From Amphiscolops sp. MND2022 (lineage: Eukaryota), in NCBI GenBank assembly GCA_964187785.1, contig OZ076409.1, forward strand, positions 21,454,001 through 21,518,000: 64,000 nucleotides of DNA, given 5' to 3'. The translations under genes were made by a program, and so were the position numbers. Positions within the stretch are counted from its first letter, which is position 1, and each line of letters starts with the position of its first letter. Shown here piece after piece: positions 32,393 to 47,850 of this stretch. The notes beneath the pieces were generated by a model. The model searched no databases and was not told where the DNA came from. It was given only the letters and a program-made list of their open reading frames with translations.

Positions 32393-35300
32393 TATGTGAA
32401 ACTTTTTGGATTTTCCCATTTCACCAAAGGGCTTCCTTTTGTTTTTTGATATTTTCAAAAATAAGTCTTTTATTAGTTCCTAGGGTCCTTATTTCGGCAC
32501 TGAGATTTTTTCTTGAAACAACCTTTCAGCATATTAGAATTACTATGTACTTTTTGAGCGGGCATGGACTTGGGTTTTTCCCGGTTTGTTTAAATTTTAC
32601 TTGAGAATACTACTTTCAATTGCATTACATGCCACCAAAAGTTGACGAATTTTAGTGACACATCCCAGATACTCTCCAGAAAATGTGAAAGTTGAATGTT
32701 TTGAGTAATGCAAAACCACTAAACGAAGTTAGCATGTTTATTGATGTCCACCATCACTTTCCCATGTTTCTATTCTTACAGTGTGAATTGAATTAAAATG
32801 TTAATTGGAAAACAGCTGACTTGTTTGAATGGAAGCTGATTGTTGAAAATTAGATAATATTGAGCTAGCATCTATACCTTAGGGGCTCCTCAAAGGCAAC
32901 GTGATACAATTAATTGATGCGTTGTGTGCGAGACCTTTAGAAATAATTCAATTTTTCCATAACTCAATAGAAATCATCGCAAGTCGGGTACATTTTCCCA
33001 TCGCTGCCTATTGAATTTTCACGCTGATTGATCTCACAAATACCCTCACAGGAAGTCCCGTATTGCGCACGGCTTACAATTTCCTGCTGAAAACCTGACA
33101 GATAATGAGCCGGGCTATCTGTTGAAGATGGCTGTGTTTGGAGATAGAATTGAAAAGACCAACTGTATAATAGGCAGAATGCATATCAAAATGTCCCCGG
33201 GGTTCCCTCTCTGTGCTCAAATCTTTCAATCAAAGTTGTCCTAATTTGCTCCCGTTTGATTATCCTTTGTTACCCCCCTACCTGCTATACCTGCCATTCT
33301 ATTCTATCCAATCATCACACAAGAAAAGTCATCAGACGCAAAGTCATTTTTCAAATTTGCAAATTTTCTTGGAAACGAAATATGACTGAAAAATAAAAAG
33401 GTATATTTTTTGAAGAAATTCCAATTCTCAAGAGTGTAAGTTAGTAATTAAGCCGATTGGATTGACTGTGATGAAAAACATCAATAATGTCTTTTTTCTA
33501 TTATTTTCCAAACGATTAACCAGCTTTTCCATATTGAATTAATTTCTGTTTCCGCCATTTGTTTCGAGCAGATGAATCACGACTGAGCGGATGTGCAATC
33601 GTTAGATTTTGGATCTTGGATTATTTCAGTTATCGCTGAGCTGTAGTGAAGCGCGACTCTTAGGACGAAGCACTACGTTTGCTTTCATCCTACGCTCAAA
33701 GCTTCGGAAGATTCCTCACATCTTCAATATGACATATGACATGAAACGAAAACAGCATAAATTGATACTGTTCAAAGGATTCTGACAGAATAAATTACTC
33801 ACACTGTGTAATAGTTATCACCTAATGCAATTCAGGATTACGGCGATCATGTTGCGCTGATGTTTTCTAATGTCTGGGAAATCAAAGCTTTTGAGGGAAA
33901 AAACGATTTTTAGCGGTACCCTTTATTTTGCCCTTTAAAATGGATACGTATGTTTTTAAAGGACATTGTTACCGGGTTCAATTTGGAAGTTGAAATTGAT
34001 GAGGAATGAAAACACTCAATGGTGATATTAAGACGACGGTTCATTTTCGATGCAAAGATGAAAGCGAAGGTTTCAGAGCTAGTTGTGTATGGTGCATTGA
34101 TTACAGCATTCGGCCCCGTACTGGGGAGGGATCAGGTTTCCAAATTCTCTCGACTCACAATTGTTGGGTCTTTCATCCCTAGCTTAGTCGCATGGTTATG
34201 ACAAAAATAACGCATTCTGTGGAGAAAAGCAAAATGAAAAAGAGCAACGGTGAGTAGTCAGACCTTTGTGACCTTGAGCAAGTCGCTTTGAAACTTGAAA
34301 CACAGTTTCAAGTCCTCAATTGCTTGACCACTTGGCTGCAAAAATGGTACCATAGCTTGGCGTGGGGAGATAGTATCCGAAAAAGGCCGTCTACTTAGAA
34401 AAGTGGATATGCTTATTCGACGTCGACCACGCTGAAACGGGAAATTATCTTTCTTCTTTGTTTTATATTGAATTTTTTATCATGACGAGAAAAGTTCCAA
34501 AATAGAACTAGCTCCGAAAATTTCGCTTTCATAATTGCATATCAAAACACTCGGTTTATTGGTCGTTTTATCATACTTTGTAAAACATTCTAAAAGAGGT
34601 GCAAGAGTTTTTTTTCGAATGATCTCATTTTGTGGTCTGCCAATTTGGGTTATTTTTTTTACTTTACAAGCAGTAATTTCATTTTTCTTTTCCAGTCAAA
34701 AACAATAATTGCATCATATTTGAGTGTATATTTGATAAAATACTGCAAATACACCCCCTTTGTATGCTGAGTGGGGGTGTCTAGTTTTCACTAGTCTTCA
34801 AGCACGCAACTTCTCAGCGGAAGGAAGGCTGGCTGGAAGGCGGTAATTTGAAGTCTTTCCTAATCTGTGACTGATGGCTAATCCCTAACTCAGGAAATGA
34901 TGGCAGTCTTCAGATGCTCTGTGACTCACTTTAACAACCAGCTTCTTCCAGTGGAGTAAGGAGCAGACTAGAAATTAAATTTCCGGCTTAGGGTAGTCGT
35001 AGTAGACCCACGGAACATTTCCCACAGTCTGCACAAGTATCCCCTGTGTTGCTAGCACTTATACAGACCCAGCAGCTTCAAGATAAAGGACGTCCTTCTG
35101 GTTTGATTCTGAGGTTGCTTCAACGTATTGGCGTATCCTATTTGATTGATAGACGCACTGACGCTGACAAATTGATTCATTTCTCTCTCTCCTAGCTTGG
35201 CTGGGAATTGGTTATTGACTGAAAGCATGACTACGTGCATACAACTTATCCAAACATAGTTGCGTGAGTGGCATTTGCATTGACAGATGATTCACTGAAA

Positions 35301-35839
35301 TAGTGAAATTAGTTTTGCAAGGCCCATAAATTCCATCATGGTGAACACTCACCCAGTGAATGTGAAACCCTGCCTAATTTTTCACACGAGGTGAACTGTG
35401 AAGTTGAAATTCCAGACGAAATTAAAGAATTCAAGGTTTTTTCATGAAAATGAAGGCTGCGAAAATATGAGATAGGAAGACATATCGAAACAATTGAAAT
35501 GCATGTCCCCGGACCTGCCAGTTCGGATGCGCTTGAACTTACAATCTACTACAGAACTACATGAACTCGCAATTTTATCTCGATTGCATAAACACGGTTA
35601 GAGAACTTTTGCTCGGAATAGAAATTTAAGACTGCCCGAAGTATTTGGTCACCGAAAATGAACCACTTTGAAACTCGAACCCGAGTTGAGTCTCAAATAT
35701 CATAAAAAGACCATTATTGAGATAATTATCATAACTCTCACTGTGCCCAAAATATGCCTAGAATAGGCCTAGAATCTTTAGGCCCGAAAAACGTTTTCCC
35801 TAACTGAAAACATTGAAAAGCCAACTTGATCAATTGGAC

Positions 35840-36680
35840 CATAAAGATTGGCAGAGTGAAATTATAAAGTATGCTGATGATACAATTATGATCGAGAAAC
35901 TGAACACTAAGTTTGAGGATAAAATTTTGTTCCAAAGCTGGCCAAATATGAATCACCTTGATTGTAACGACAGCGAAACAAAGTTTGTCGTTTTCGGAAA
36001 AAGATCAGTGAAAAAAAATAGTAATTGGGGATCATGAAATTTATTCTTGTGAGAGTTATAAACACTTGGGCATACATTTCGATAAAAAACTGAACTTCAA
36101 TGAACATGGTAATCATGTTGCTGCCAAACAAGCGCAACATAGTGGAATCCTGTAAAATTTAAGGGCTCGTTGAACAAAAAACAATTGATACAACATATTC
36201 GATTATTTATATCACCTTTTGTTCAGAATGGCGTTCTTCTGCATGGGCTGGGCCCGAAAACCAAACTACACAAAATTTTCGAATTCCAAGAAAGTTAAGA
36301 ATAGCCTTAAGGATTCCTACCAAGACCAGCGTTACAGAAAAATTCAAAGATCTGAAAATCGTAACTGTTTTTGAGTATCATGTCTACGAGATTCTCAAGT
36401 TTTTTCTTGACCAGATACGAAATGGTTTCACAACTTTTAACATTGGAACTCAAAACCGACAAGAAATAGAAGTCTAAGCGTTTGGAACATCCCTACAGAC
36501 AATGATCGGCTGGATCCTCGTGCAATAATACTCATCAATGCCTGGCACAAGTGGGGTGTTTTATCTTCTGACGAACGGATATGCGAAATGGACGAAAGTT
36601 TTTCAAAATGTCTACCACCAATTTGCTGATCTTTACATTTTTGGCAATGGTGAATTAATTAACCTCATTTACAACTAGAA
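35840..36680 (+). pseudogene. Decayed non-LTR retrotransposon (LINE) reverse transcriptase 3' fragment
   Basis: IIKYADDTIMI (YADD motif) and KHLGIHFDKKLNFNEH in broken frames. Boundaries are approximate. Confidence 0.75.
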
Positions 36681-39600
36681 TTTTTTGGCTGGATAGATAG
36701 AAACGGTTGAATAAATGTCAAATCTTTACCTCACTCAAAAAAATTAACAAAAAAATTGTTCCAAAAGGTTTCCTCTCGAAAAGGTTCTGTGCTTATAGGA
36801 AGCCTTTCCAGAGGCTATATTATTTTCATATTTTTGCTTATATGTTGATAATTCCCTATGACGTATATTGTACGCAAATTATGAAACATTATCTACAGTG
36901 CACGCTAATGAATTCATATATCATTATTTTCCGCTCACATATAATGGGGAGGAAAATCATAATCTGTGTTGCGTTTCTTTCTAAACTCTGCCAAATCTCC
37001 ACGATCTCCACAACTAAAATACTCGAGTAACTAAAATAGTCAAGTAACTAAGTAAAGCATCTAAGTACCTAAGTCAAGTAACCAAGTAAGGTAACGAAGT
37101 GACTTGACTATTTTAGTTACTACCTAATATTTTATTTCAGTTTTTGTTGTGTTTTTGCTTTGATATTGTATTATTATTGTTACTATTTGATATACTGTTT
37201 TTAGTTAGTACTCAATATCACGTTTTACTAAGGAGGAAGGAAATTTTCGATTAAGTGTGTATTGTTAGCCAATTGAATGCGGAAATTATACCGGTGCATA
37301 GCGTTCGTCTTGTTATTATTATGATTGAAAAATTATTTTCAATAAAAGTAGCAGTGTCGATTGAAGAACCCAGAGAGTGATCGTTCAGGCTCAAAAATGC
37401 CTTTTCCTAATTGAAAGCTTCAAAAACCCAGCCGATGATCTTCTCGTGAATTACTAAAAAAAACTTTCACGAAGTCGCACAGTGCCGAAAATCAAAGAGA
37501 GTTATGTCATCGTATTGCTTTGCAAGTAACATAGAAGGATATTTGAGGTTTGGTTATCCGTTAGGTCGTTATTGTAAAAAAGTCTTTAACGGTACCGACT
37601 AAAAACGCCGTGATTAGTTGAGCGCACTTCCTCCTCTAGGTTCCGGGACTTTGATTCTCGATAAAATATAAACATTGACAAAAGAAATCGAATGCTCTCG
37701 TTTCAGTTGGTGATAAATTATGCCTTCGAACGAGCATGAAATCGTCTTTTCAATTAAAGACTCGATAGAATCCTTCCGCAATTTTTTTCTAGAATTGAAA
37801 GAGAATTGTACTCTGAGATATCTATCTACAGTTACATCAGATCCGAAAACAAATTCAATCAAGCATCTGACACTTTCTTGATTTCCTTTGACACATCTTG
37901 AAGGATTAAACACGCATCTTTCCTCTGAAAAACCTTGAGTTTTTTAATTGAAACAACCCGTTTTTATTCTTTCCCTTTTCAATTACCTTCTGTTAAAAAC
38001 AGGATGACAATTTGCTTTATTCTCTCATCAACTGCCCCGCTAAAATCCCCAGGCTTCTCATTTTCCTGTCAATTCCGATAATGGACTTGTTTTCCTCGCA
38101 AATTTCTTTTTTTTTCTTGAGCGCTTTTCTCTAATCTGAAGAGACCTCAATGGCCAAGTCTCAATTATGATTGATCTTGACAATTTTTTTCTTTTCATGT
38201 TCAAACATCCGCGGCAACTGCTTCCCGTTAAAAACTGGATCAACTGCTTTTGAGAGTACATTTTAAAAGAAAAATTTTCCCTTTGAAATTGTCGATTAAT
38301 ATTTTCGCAGCTTTACCCGTTTTCTGTGAAGCAAGTAGTTAAAAGTATTGTATCAACGCGAGCGGAAAATGACAATTTTTAACGAGCTTTTCAAATATTG
38401 CTCTACAAAAAAGCAATGTACGAAACTGGAAGAAAACTAAATCACGACTATTGATCTTTGTGTTAAATTTGATTTAAAAAGACCGGATTGATGAGTTGCA
38501 TCTACGTTTAAGTGTCTTTTTTTCCAGTTCGTCTTATAACAATAAGAATGAAAAAGGTCTTTTATGACGTGGGACGGATTCAAAATTCACCCAGCGCGTA
38601 GAATGTTGAATATCTTTTTATTCAACCATTGAATAGCATGCTCAGTATATTTACTGTGTGATACCTTTTTTTCTTTGTGAAGTCGAAAAAACTGCGTTTT
38701 CCGGCTGTCCTTGCTCCTCCTTTCACAACACAGGCGTCTGTTAATTACGGCATGTGGTTGCCTCGTAAACGAAGTTTACTGCAAACAAAGCCTTCATCTT
38801 ATTTTAATTTCATCAACCGCTGGCACATGCCACAGTAAAAAGCCAGAAAAATCTTTTTTTATTCTTTTTCATTCCTTGCGTTTTCTGTTTGTTCCGCTTT
38901 TCGTTGTTTTTTTTTTCACAGAAGTCGCCACTGCTATTGAGTAGTATTAGAAAGCAAAAGTGATTCTTCTCGTGATTTCACTTTTCCAATTTTGTTGTTT
39001 CCTTCTTTCAGAGTAGAAAATCACACAACTGAGGCAACTGGCAAAGCGGCTGTGTAAATGTTGTTGAACAAGATCGAATCCACTTTTCTCCCAAATCAAT
39101 TTCCTCTCATACTTTGAAGTTGAACAACTATTCTGTTCAAGTGTACGAAAATTCTATCCACGTTGAGTATATATCCTCACATTTCTTTCGCTTTTCATAA
39201 ATATTTTTATTCTGGTGTTGGCTCAGTAGTTCACGAGACGCTATCTGTTATTTTTCCCAAATAAACAAAGTTTTCGTTTATTTTCCGAAACCTTTCTCAA
39301 ATTTTAATTAATAACTAGCTTTCGGACATTGCTCCTAACAATAGTAAATACACAGTTTGCATGACTTCAAGCTGAGAAAACTCGCCATTTATGTTAGTCT
39401 AAGTTGTAATCTTCCGATCAGTTGAAGGAGGGTTTGAACCGAACGAAGGGTTAGAGTGTTCTTAAGAGCTCATTATGCCATCAAGAGAATCGCCCAATCT
39501 TCTCAAAACTGTCCATCTAACGCCATTTCCTGCTTTTGTTTGACGCGCCAGGGAGATAAACTTGCCAATTGGCGTGTCTGTGAGAGAGCAAGATTTCACT

Positions 39601-42600
39601 CCTAGGCGATAGTTGAACTTGAGAAGACCTCTTGGGTTTCATTTGCAACCACGGTGACACCTAATTAGCATTCCTTCTTTCCCTCCTTTTGGACTTATTT
39701 AAAGCAACTATTCAAATGAACCAAGCAAGGATACCCATTCAACTGCCTAAAGTGTATACCGTTGTCATTGCAATATCCGCTCGGTCCTGACAATCTATTG
39801 AGTTTTTTGGGGATAACCAAAGAATTGGAGAAGGAAACAGTCCCTGATTACAACCTTTTAATTCTCCAGCATTGATTGGCGGGCTTCTTACAACGACTTC
39901 CGTCAATTGTCAGTCTTGTAATGAATCGATAATTCATCTCAACCAATTTTCACTTTTCCACGCCCGCTTCCTGATTGTGTACCAGCAAAACCAACCTACA
40001 CGGTTCTTGATCCATTGCTGTCCATTTATGTTTTTACTTATCTCGCTCTTGATTGACACATTTCCTGAGTTATCTGTGAATACCAACATTTTGATACCTG
40101 CAATTCACATGCAATCTTCTTTGCTCAGCTAAGTGGCCTGAAAACAAGATTTTTTCACACATTTTTTAGAAAAACTGGCTTCCTTATCTTGTTCACCAAA
40201 TTGTGCTTTTTAGCGAGGCTGAGTAATACAAGTTTGATTTATACCCAACTATGCTAAAGCAACAGAGGAAGAATTATGGTAATAGTACTCCCCTCGTGAC
40301 TTCTGCGTAGGCACCTAATGGCATAAGCCTTTAAGCCGACCTGACATCTTGCAAATCTTTTTTGACATTGCATTTATGACATTCATCCCATCTTTTCACC
40401 TCCTCTGCCACTGGAAAGGCCTCCCTTTCAGCAGTCAGTCATCTGATTAGTGTCCTGTACTCAATGAAACACTTAGGGCTTCTCATATTACATATGTAGT
40501 AGCCTCTGTCAACAGTTCTCGCGTTGCTGTTTCCTCATCTTGAATTGGAAACCCACTCAAATTTTGCAATTAATAAACTTTTTGTACCCATACCGGAACT
40601 TGCAGAAATCTAAATCCGTGAACTTCTAGTAAATCATCTTGGAAACAGAACTAAACTGAAGACAACAAAACAATAAAGCCTCGTAGTGCTGACATTTTCA
40701 CAGCACTTGCCGGCAACTTTTAAACATCGGCAATTTCATTAAACTAAAATTTTACACAACGCAATTTTACGAGCACGCTATTATGTAATACATGACTACC
40801 ACTTCAAAGGGTTTTGTGTAGTGCCTGCCTCGTCGGGGGTAATTTCGTTTTGCATTTGTTGCCTCTGAAATTCAGAGTCTGAATAGAGCAGTAACTGAGC
40901 GGCTTGTGCAAAGAAGAAGTTGCGTTTTATTGACATGAAATTACATTGTAGTTCGTCGCTTGGTTCAAAATTCATTTTCACAACAATTCAGTAACAGTAC
41001 ACACGCGCAAATTACTGTATTTAGTAAACTGTAGTGTTTTGGATCATTTTCATTTTCCTCTCTTGTCCTGAAAAGTATCGTAGTAAAAATACTACAAAAT
41101 AACAGATTGTGTTTTGTTTGTCTCCATACCGCGGACTCTCTTCCATTCGTTATTCATGTCCTTCAATCCTCTCCATCGCCCAACGTCTGTCATTCGATGT
41201 AAACAACTTACACGTTTCATTTAAAAACATGCCTGAATTTCGCATGAAACATGCAAAAAACATCCATTTGTTTATCTTCCACTTGAATGTAGCTGAACTG
41301 TGAAACGTTATGCTCTTGAGCTGCTATTATAGGCGCTAAATTAAGGAGTTCAGCAGTAAGCTCCATAGACCACTACTGTACTACAAGTACACAACTATTG
41401 TGTACAACTTGCTGCCTGTAAAATATAGAAAAAATACAGTACATACCATCTATTGAACTGAACCGCTGCCACTAATACTCCTCAATACTCTTAAATGCTC
41501 CTCGTTCGCTCTTCATCTCATCAGACATTTTCGTGCAGCTTTTGACTGCTTCCCGACACTCCTGTTATAACATTATTCTTTTTATTCCCCTTTCATATAC
41601 TTCCTTGTAATAATTCTACCATCTTATACCTATTCTACACTTCGTGGCTCACTTTCCTTATCATCCCACACAGAATCTCCTTTTTTCTTGACTTGTCTTA
41701 CTGTTTCTTCCTCGCGGCGTAGAAGAAGACTGTCACAGTGAAAAAAGAAGTAACAGAAACTCTCAACAGTTTTGCGAGAAAAAGGAAGAAAATTGGGAAA
41801 ATATTATCAGCATTGGTAATTGAAACGGCTGCGCGACTGACTGCTTCATGTGGAAGTGAACAGATAAGATTTCACGAAAAATCCTTACTGCCAAATCGTG
41901 CAAGACAAAGAAAGAAATCAGGGATAACTTCCTATTCCACGATCACTCCTTGTTTGCAAGTAGCAGCGGGGAAGTAGCAACTACTTTCTCTCTGACCGTA
42001 CAACTGTCTGCTTTTCACTTTCCATACCAGTTGTAGTATTAGTTGTTAAATAAGTAGCAACAGTCAGGAAATAGTAGTTGTTGCATCATCATCATCATAG
42101 TAAGAAAAAGAGTTAAAACTATTCTTGTTATTTCTCTCCCTTTCTCTTCCCTTCATACTTTTGCTGCTTTTTGACTAACTTTTCTTTCACTTTATGCACT
42201 CGGCATTTTACCTCATCTCAGTGACAACGCGACTCCTAGTAATACACGCACAGTAGTACGTATTTCTTTGGGCCTGCGGGTACTTTCAGCAGTATCCATT
42301 TATAGTCGGCACGGTTACTCGCGTCCAATCAAATTCAAACAACAAACTGGGATATTTTCCCGCCGCTACACAGCAGTCTGTAGTACCGTCTGCTAAGCCA
42401 GCCGTCTTTACCTTTACTTTCATTCGTCCTGAAATCTCTCGTGAACAGACAAACATATCACGCTTTCACAAGTCGTGTTGTCGTGTTTTCTTGGCACTCT
42501 GACCCGAGAGCAACCTGAGTTGCAGTGTACTGATACTCGGAAAAAGAAGCCTTTGGCGGATATTTGCATACGGATTCAATATCCTTATGCACACAAGACA

Positions 42601-43578
42601 AATTTCAACAATTATTTTCTCAATTGTCAGCCTCTTCTTGACGTCTTTGCCACTCTTTTGTTGCTAATTTCCTTATCATCCCGTCGCTTCTCCACCATTT
42701 TCCCTTCTAGAGTCTCACCCGGGGCTAAAAACCGAGGAAAAGCTCTGCTGTTTTTCTTGTGAGCCCTGCGGCGTAAGAGAAAAAGTTGCGCAAGAAGCAA
42801 ACGAGCTGACAGCCAACAAACAAGAGCGGGAAATTCTGTTTTTCCTTTTTATTCTGGAAGAATTAAATGAACTAACGCTCGCTACTGCTCATGTTGATGC
42901 TACATCATTATTTTGGTTGAATATAAAATTCTAATTGGTTCGCAGCTAGCTAGCTCGCTGTTGTTATTTATTTCCCGCTCGATGGTTTTTGTCATTTGCT
43001 TTTTCCCACTTCTGATTAATGGTTTTATGGCTGAGGCTGCTCCGAAATTAACGCATACACGCGTGCGCTTTTATTCCGCTTTCCCCTTTCTTGTAAATTT
43101 TCCACTATAAATTATCAGTTTATTTCTTCCGTCTCAGCTCGGCGGCGCTGAACTAATCAAACGTTGTTTGTTACATTGTCGCCAAGTCGCTGCACATTTA
43201 ATTGCAACCTCAAAGACATCTTTTGGAGATTCAGATGAGACGACGTCGCATCACTTCTTCTCAGTCTTCTTTTCTTCATAGTGGCTTTGCTAACACTTAC
43301 AGAAGTAAATTGCAGAAAAAACAAATGTTATTGCGGTCACTGCTTTATTTCTCTAGTATTTAAACCAATTATTGAAAATAAACAAAAACTTTGTCTTTAA
43401 AATGTTGTTTACTACAAATCTACAATTCCATCCATCTCATATCCTTTGCAGACCTTTTACTTCTAACATTCTACTCTTTATGCTGATGCATCCGCCGTCC
43501 TAAAGGTGCAAACACCACCATTATCTCTGCATACATACATCTGCATTCTGGTTGTGCAAGATTCTTGCATGTGCAGTG

Positions 43579-43840
43579 ATGCCTCATGAGTTCTACCCTT
43601 ACACGCCTTTAACTAACTCCACAACTGTTGCTTCCTCTGAGTTTGACCCCAGTTCGAATCGAACTCCAGTCATGGATCCGTGGCGTTACCACTTTTCCCC
43701 CCACCTCCCGCCCCGCAATTACATGCATCATGACCCGTTCGGGGACCACCCGGGGCCTCACACCCCTATGAAGTACCTAACCCAACGTAACTACCATCAA
43801 CACACACAAAGTTACCTTATTGATTCTATTCTGTCTCAAG
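43579..43840 (+). CDS. Host gene exon 1; probable transcription factor with eh1 motif
   Basis: MPHEF...SYLIDSILSQ, ending at a phase-1 G|GTAAGC donor. YLIDSIL fits the eh1 pattern (F/Y)xIxxIL. Confidence 0.6.
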
Positions 43841-45851
43841 GTAAGCCAACACGCAACAGCCACTCAGTTAGATAATAACCTGCGTTAGATCAGCCAACCC
43901 AGGTAGATATAAAGACATATGACGTCACTTAGCTGGTTATCATTGCATAAAGGGTGGAGACTTTATTTGTAATATACCCTACAGGGGAATTAAGACACGC
44001 CCTATCTAGCACATTCCATTCCTCACTATCCGTCGTGACATGACATGTCTTGCAAATTCAGTAGGAGGTCTGCATCTTAACATCTGAGAAGGTTTCATGC
44101 TTCTAAGTAGCACTTCTTTCAGGAGAACTGTGGTTTCTGTAACGATCATCTGTTTAAATATTTTAACATCAAGCATTTCAAGTATTTTCGTTCTCACCCT
44201 GCTTAGTACACAATTGTGAGATTCTCATCGTGACTGTTTCTCATCGATATTCACCCACGCGCTCTTTACTTGAGAAAACGATTTGTCATTGCACGAAACG
44301 CCAGGGGTGAGAAAGTGAAAAGACATTTTCGTTCAGTCGTACATTTCTTGTCATTTTTGTGACTCCTGGAACGTATCTGTGACAAAAACCACAAAAAAGT
44401 GAAATTTATATTATATATTCATTATTTAATCTATAAATCCAGGGCAGCTGTCTGGTCGCCAAAATTTTGATCAGCTGCTGTTATCTGAATTTGAAAAGAA
44501 AATAATTCTATCTTTACATTGGCCATCGATTATTTTTGACAACAATAACCATTTTGGTCTCAGCATTTTTTCAACACTTCCTATAAAATTATAATTAAAA
44601 AAATCTTCATCTTATCATAAAATATGAATTTATGTGGATTCGTTTGTTTAGAAAAATGTGGAAAATATTGGGAAATTGTTGTTTAAAGGAGTGATTAATT
44701 TTTATAACATTTTCCATGAAAATGCGGCAACCTCATGATTGTTGTTTGTTAGCAGTAATGTGTAATTAGGTTGGTCTGATTCACATCAGACTTTAAACAT
44801 ATGGGTCCTGCTACAAAAGTGCCGCACGTATGGGCATAATTTTTTGATGAGTCATGAATAAATAACTTCAAGTAAATTACGACCATCCTCCCCACTGATA
44901 AAAAAGCGAATCCTCTTTTTTTTAAAAAAAAAAAGATACTTCAACAGTCTCCATAGGATATACTTTTCCATGGATATACTTTTCCATGGTACGCATCATC
45001 TGATACAACATATACTTGTATATTCCAGACCCGTGCCTGTAGCTCCATACAATAAAGCGCAATAGGAGAGCATTAAAAGTTGAAGTATTTAGATCTGAAA
45101 AGACCTTGGTGCGAATTTCGCCTCCGGTCTTTCTGTGAAGTGTAACTAGTGACTGCTACCTGTGTTCAATGCCTTGCAGCGACCTGCTGGATTGGAAATT
45201 TTATGGCGCAATCATATTGACCTCGGCGTGATAAAATTAAAATTCAGGGAGATCACACCTTGTTCAGGGAGAGCCATTGTTATTCGAATGTTGCAATATC
45301 ATTGCTCATCAACTCTTTGATGTCGCAACCATTTTCTCTTCATTTTTCTTACCGTAGAATTGGTTCCATGAGGCGCAGATATTTGATATTTAAATGTTTC
45401 TCGAGAAAATTTGGATCAAAAATTTGGGTAAAAGCAAACCAGATTCTTGACAATTACACCTATTTACAAGCTCGAAAAACCCTATGAAAATTATTTGGAA
45501 TTTTCCTCTCATTTTTGGAGCCCAAATTTTGAACTGGACAAAAAGTACACGCAGCAGTAAACGTTTTCAGTTGAAAGAATTGGTTTCTTTCAACTTTCAG
45601 ACAGAGAGGATTTGTTTCACACAAAATACACATTATAATCATAACTTTTCGGACGTACTCCTAAAAAGATCTCATGTTCAAATGGACTAATAATGTGGAG
45701 AAAGGAGTAATATTTAATTGAATAAACAGCAAAATGAGATGGTAAAAATCAAACTTGTGTCCTTGGTAATTTTAGTATCTGTTCTTGAAATTCAGAGAGA
45801 CTGAACAACTTGGCTAGTTGGTAACCACGTGGTACTACCAGGCCTAGTATG

Positions 45852-46485
45852 AAACAAGCCGAGACCGGCCCAAGTCGGCGCCCGCTTTAGTTTCTTGAAT
45901 ATGCAAAGGATACTGTTTTTAAACTTTCATTACTTTCTCAGTGCCGAAAATAATCAAAGGATACGCATAAGCCTCGGTAACCACATCATTCCCTACTGGA
46001 AACAAAATATTCATTTTTCGAGAAAAACTTTCGATTTTTCGGAAAAGTCTCATAGTGCCGAAAAAGGAACTTTAGGCTCGAAAAGCTACCTTTTCTCACG
46101 CTGTTTGGTTAACCCTAATCAAGCCAGCGGTATTTTGAAGCAACATACATTTTTTTTCAATTTCTAATCCGTTTTGTCAGTAGCCCATATTCTCTAGCGC
46201 AGTTTTTTCTCAACAATTCCTTGGTACCTAGATTCGTTTGAATGGCACAAGCATCCGAAAAAGTGAATGTTATGTGAAGATGTTATAGAAAAAGTGAAGA
46301 AACGTTATATCTGATATACGTTTATATCCGGAATTCGTTATTTCCGGTGTGCGTTAAATCCGGCATAGGTTGTGTTATTGTCGAAGGCTCATTTACAGCT
46401 CAAATGTAGTATGTAGGTGACGAAAAGCCATGACTATAGTCGACTCTATAATTATTATAGTCGACTTAACAAAAGCGCCGATTAA
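45852..46485 (-). mobile_element. HINE-like element copy
   Basis: AACAAGCCGAGACCGGCCCAAGTCGGCGCC ... AAAGCGCCGATTAA. Confidence 0.55.
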
Positions 46486-46871
46486 CTACCGAGCCGCATT
46501 GAATTTTGGGCCATTTTGAGTTGAGTTCATCTCAAATGTCAACGGTATCACGGGTTGTAGAGAAAACCGTTAAATAAAGTTCCAATTTCTTGAAATCAAG
46601 CACCAAAGATAAGCTCACTGCCTTTATAATTTTTTTTTGAAAAAATGGAATCCTATTTTGACTTTAAAAATTGATTTTTTAATTTTTTTAGAAAAACTTG
46701 ATTTTACTCAACAACTTGGAATGAAGACTATGTTGACGAAATGAGAATTTCGTTCAATTTTGAGTTATCAAGTCAAACCTTCGAAACAAACTAACAACTT
46801 GGAGGTGGAAAACAGTCTCTCCAGAGGCGCAGTTCAAGAAATGCAGGAATTTAAAGAGATAATACGCGTTT

Positions 46872-47352
46872 GTAGTCGGCGCTTTATGAAATGAAACACG
46901 ACTTTTATAGTGACTTTTTGTCGTGTTTCTTTTTCAATGCGGCCGAAGTGATCATGAAAATTCTATATAATCATAAACTATAACGTTCTACAAAATTTCA
47001 AAATGACTAAAAGGGTCTTTTTCCCGTTCTCATTTTGACATACACATTCGTATTCACATTTCCAAAACGATCCCTTTTGCTTCTTGATATATTTGGACAC
47101 GATAAAACGTTTTAAAGCTCACTCTGCGAGTTTTCTTGGGAAATTTTTTTCAGTCAAAAAAGGTTCTTCGATATTACTGGTGAAGAAGCTTTGGTTTTTT
47201 GTGTTTCTGGTTTCTTTTCAGGCTCAAAGGGTGTCTCCTTGTTGGATTTTCTCGGCATTACGAGATTGACAGTTTTTTGAGAACGATTCCTTGAGTGCTT
47301 TTGCTCTTTCTGAGCCTTGAGCGGGGTGCCAACTTTTGCCATTTCCGGGTTG
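46872..47352 (+). mobile_element. Degenerate HINE-like copy
   Basis: TAGTCGGCGCTTT start and a GAGCCTTGAG..GCCAACTT..GTTGT end. Confidence 0.4.
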
Positions 47353-47734
47353 TGATTTCATATAGCTGGCTGCGTCAAAATAAAGTTTGAAAAACTGTTT
47401 TGGTTTTGATCGAAAATGCGCAATTAACTTGACAAAGCACCCGCTGTGTAACGTGATTTTTCACGAAAATATTTTTTACAACGAAATATTCATAGGCAAT
47501 TGCTACGATCTTGCTAACAAGTTATACAATGTAAAGATTTTTACACTTTTTGTTATTTTCCGCCCACATATAATGGGGGAGGAAAATCATGAACTGTGTT
47601 GCGTTTTTTTCCAAATTCTGCCAAATCTCCATGATCTCCATTCACTACTTGACTAATTTATATAGTTACTTGACTATTTTAGGTACTTGAACTCCACTTT
47701 AATACTCCACTTGCCAAATCTCCACCAATGCAGT

Positions 47735-47850
47735 GTACCAATGGTGCAGTTGGTAGTGCGTCTGCCTGGCAGACACAAGGTTGTGGGTTCAAACCCGGGC
47801 TGATGCGTTACATTTTCAGCGGAAAATATCCCGGTGCTTAGCCGGCGTCT
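47735..47850 (+). mobile_element. tRNA-derived SINE-like head
   Basis: A-box TGGTGCAGTTGG (47742-47753) and B-box GGTTCAAACCC (47786-47796), without a proper acceptor stem. Confidence 0.55.
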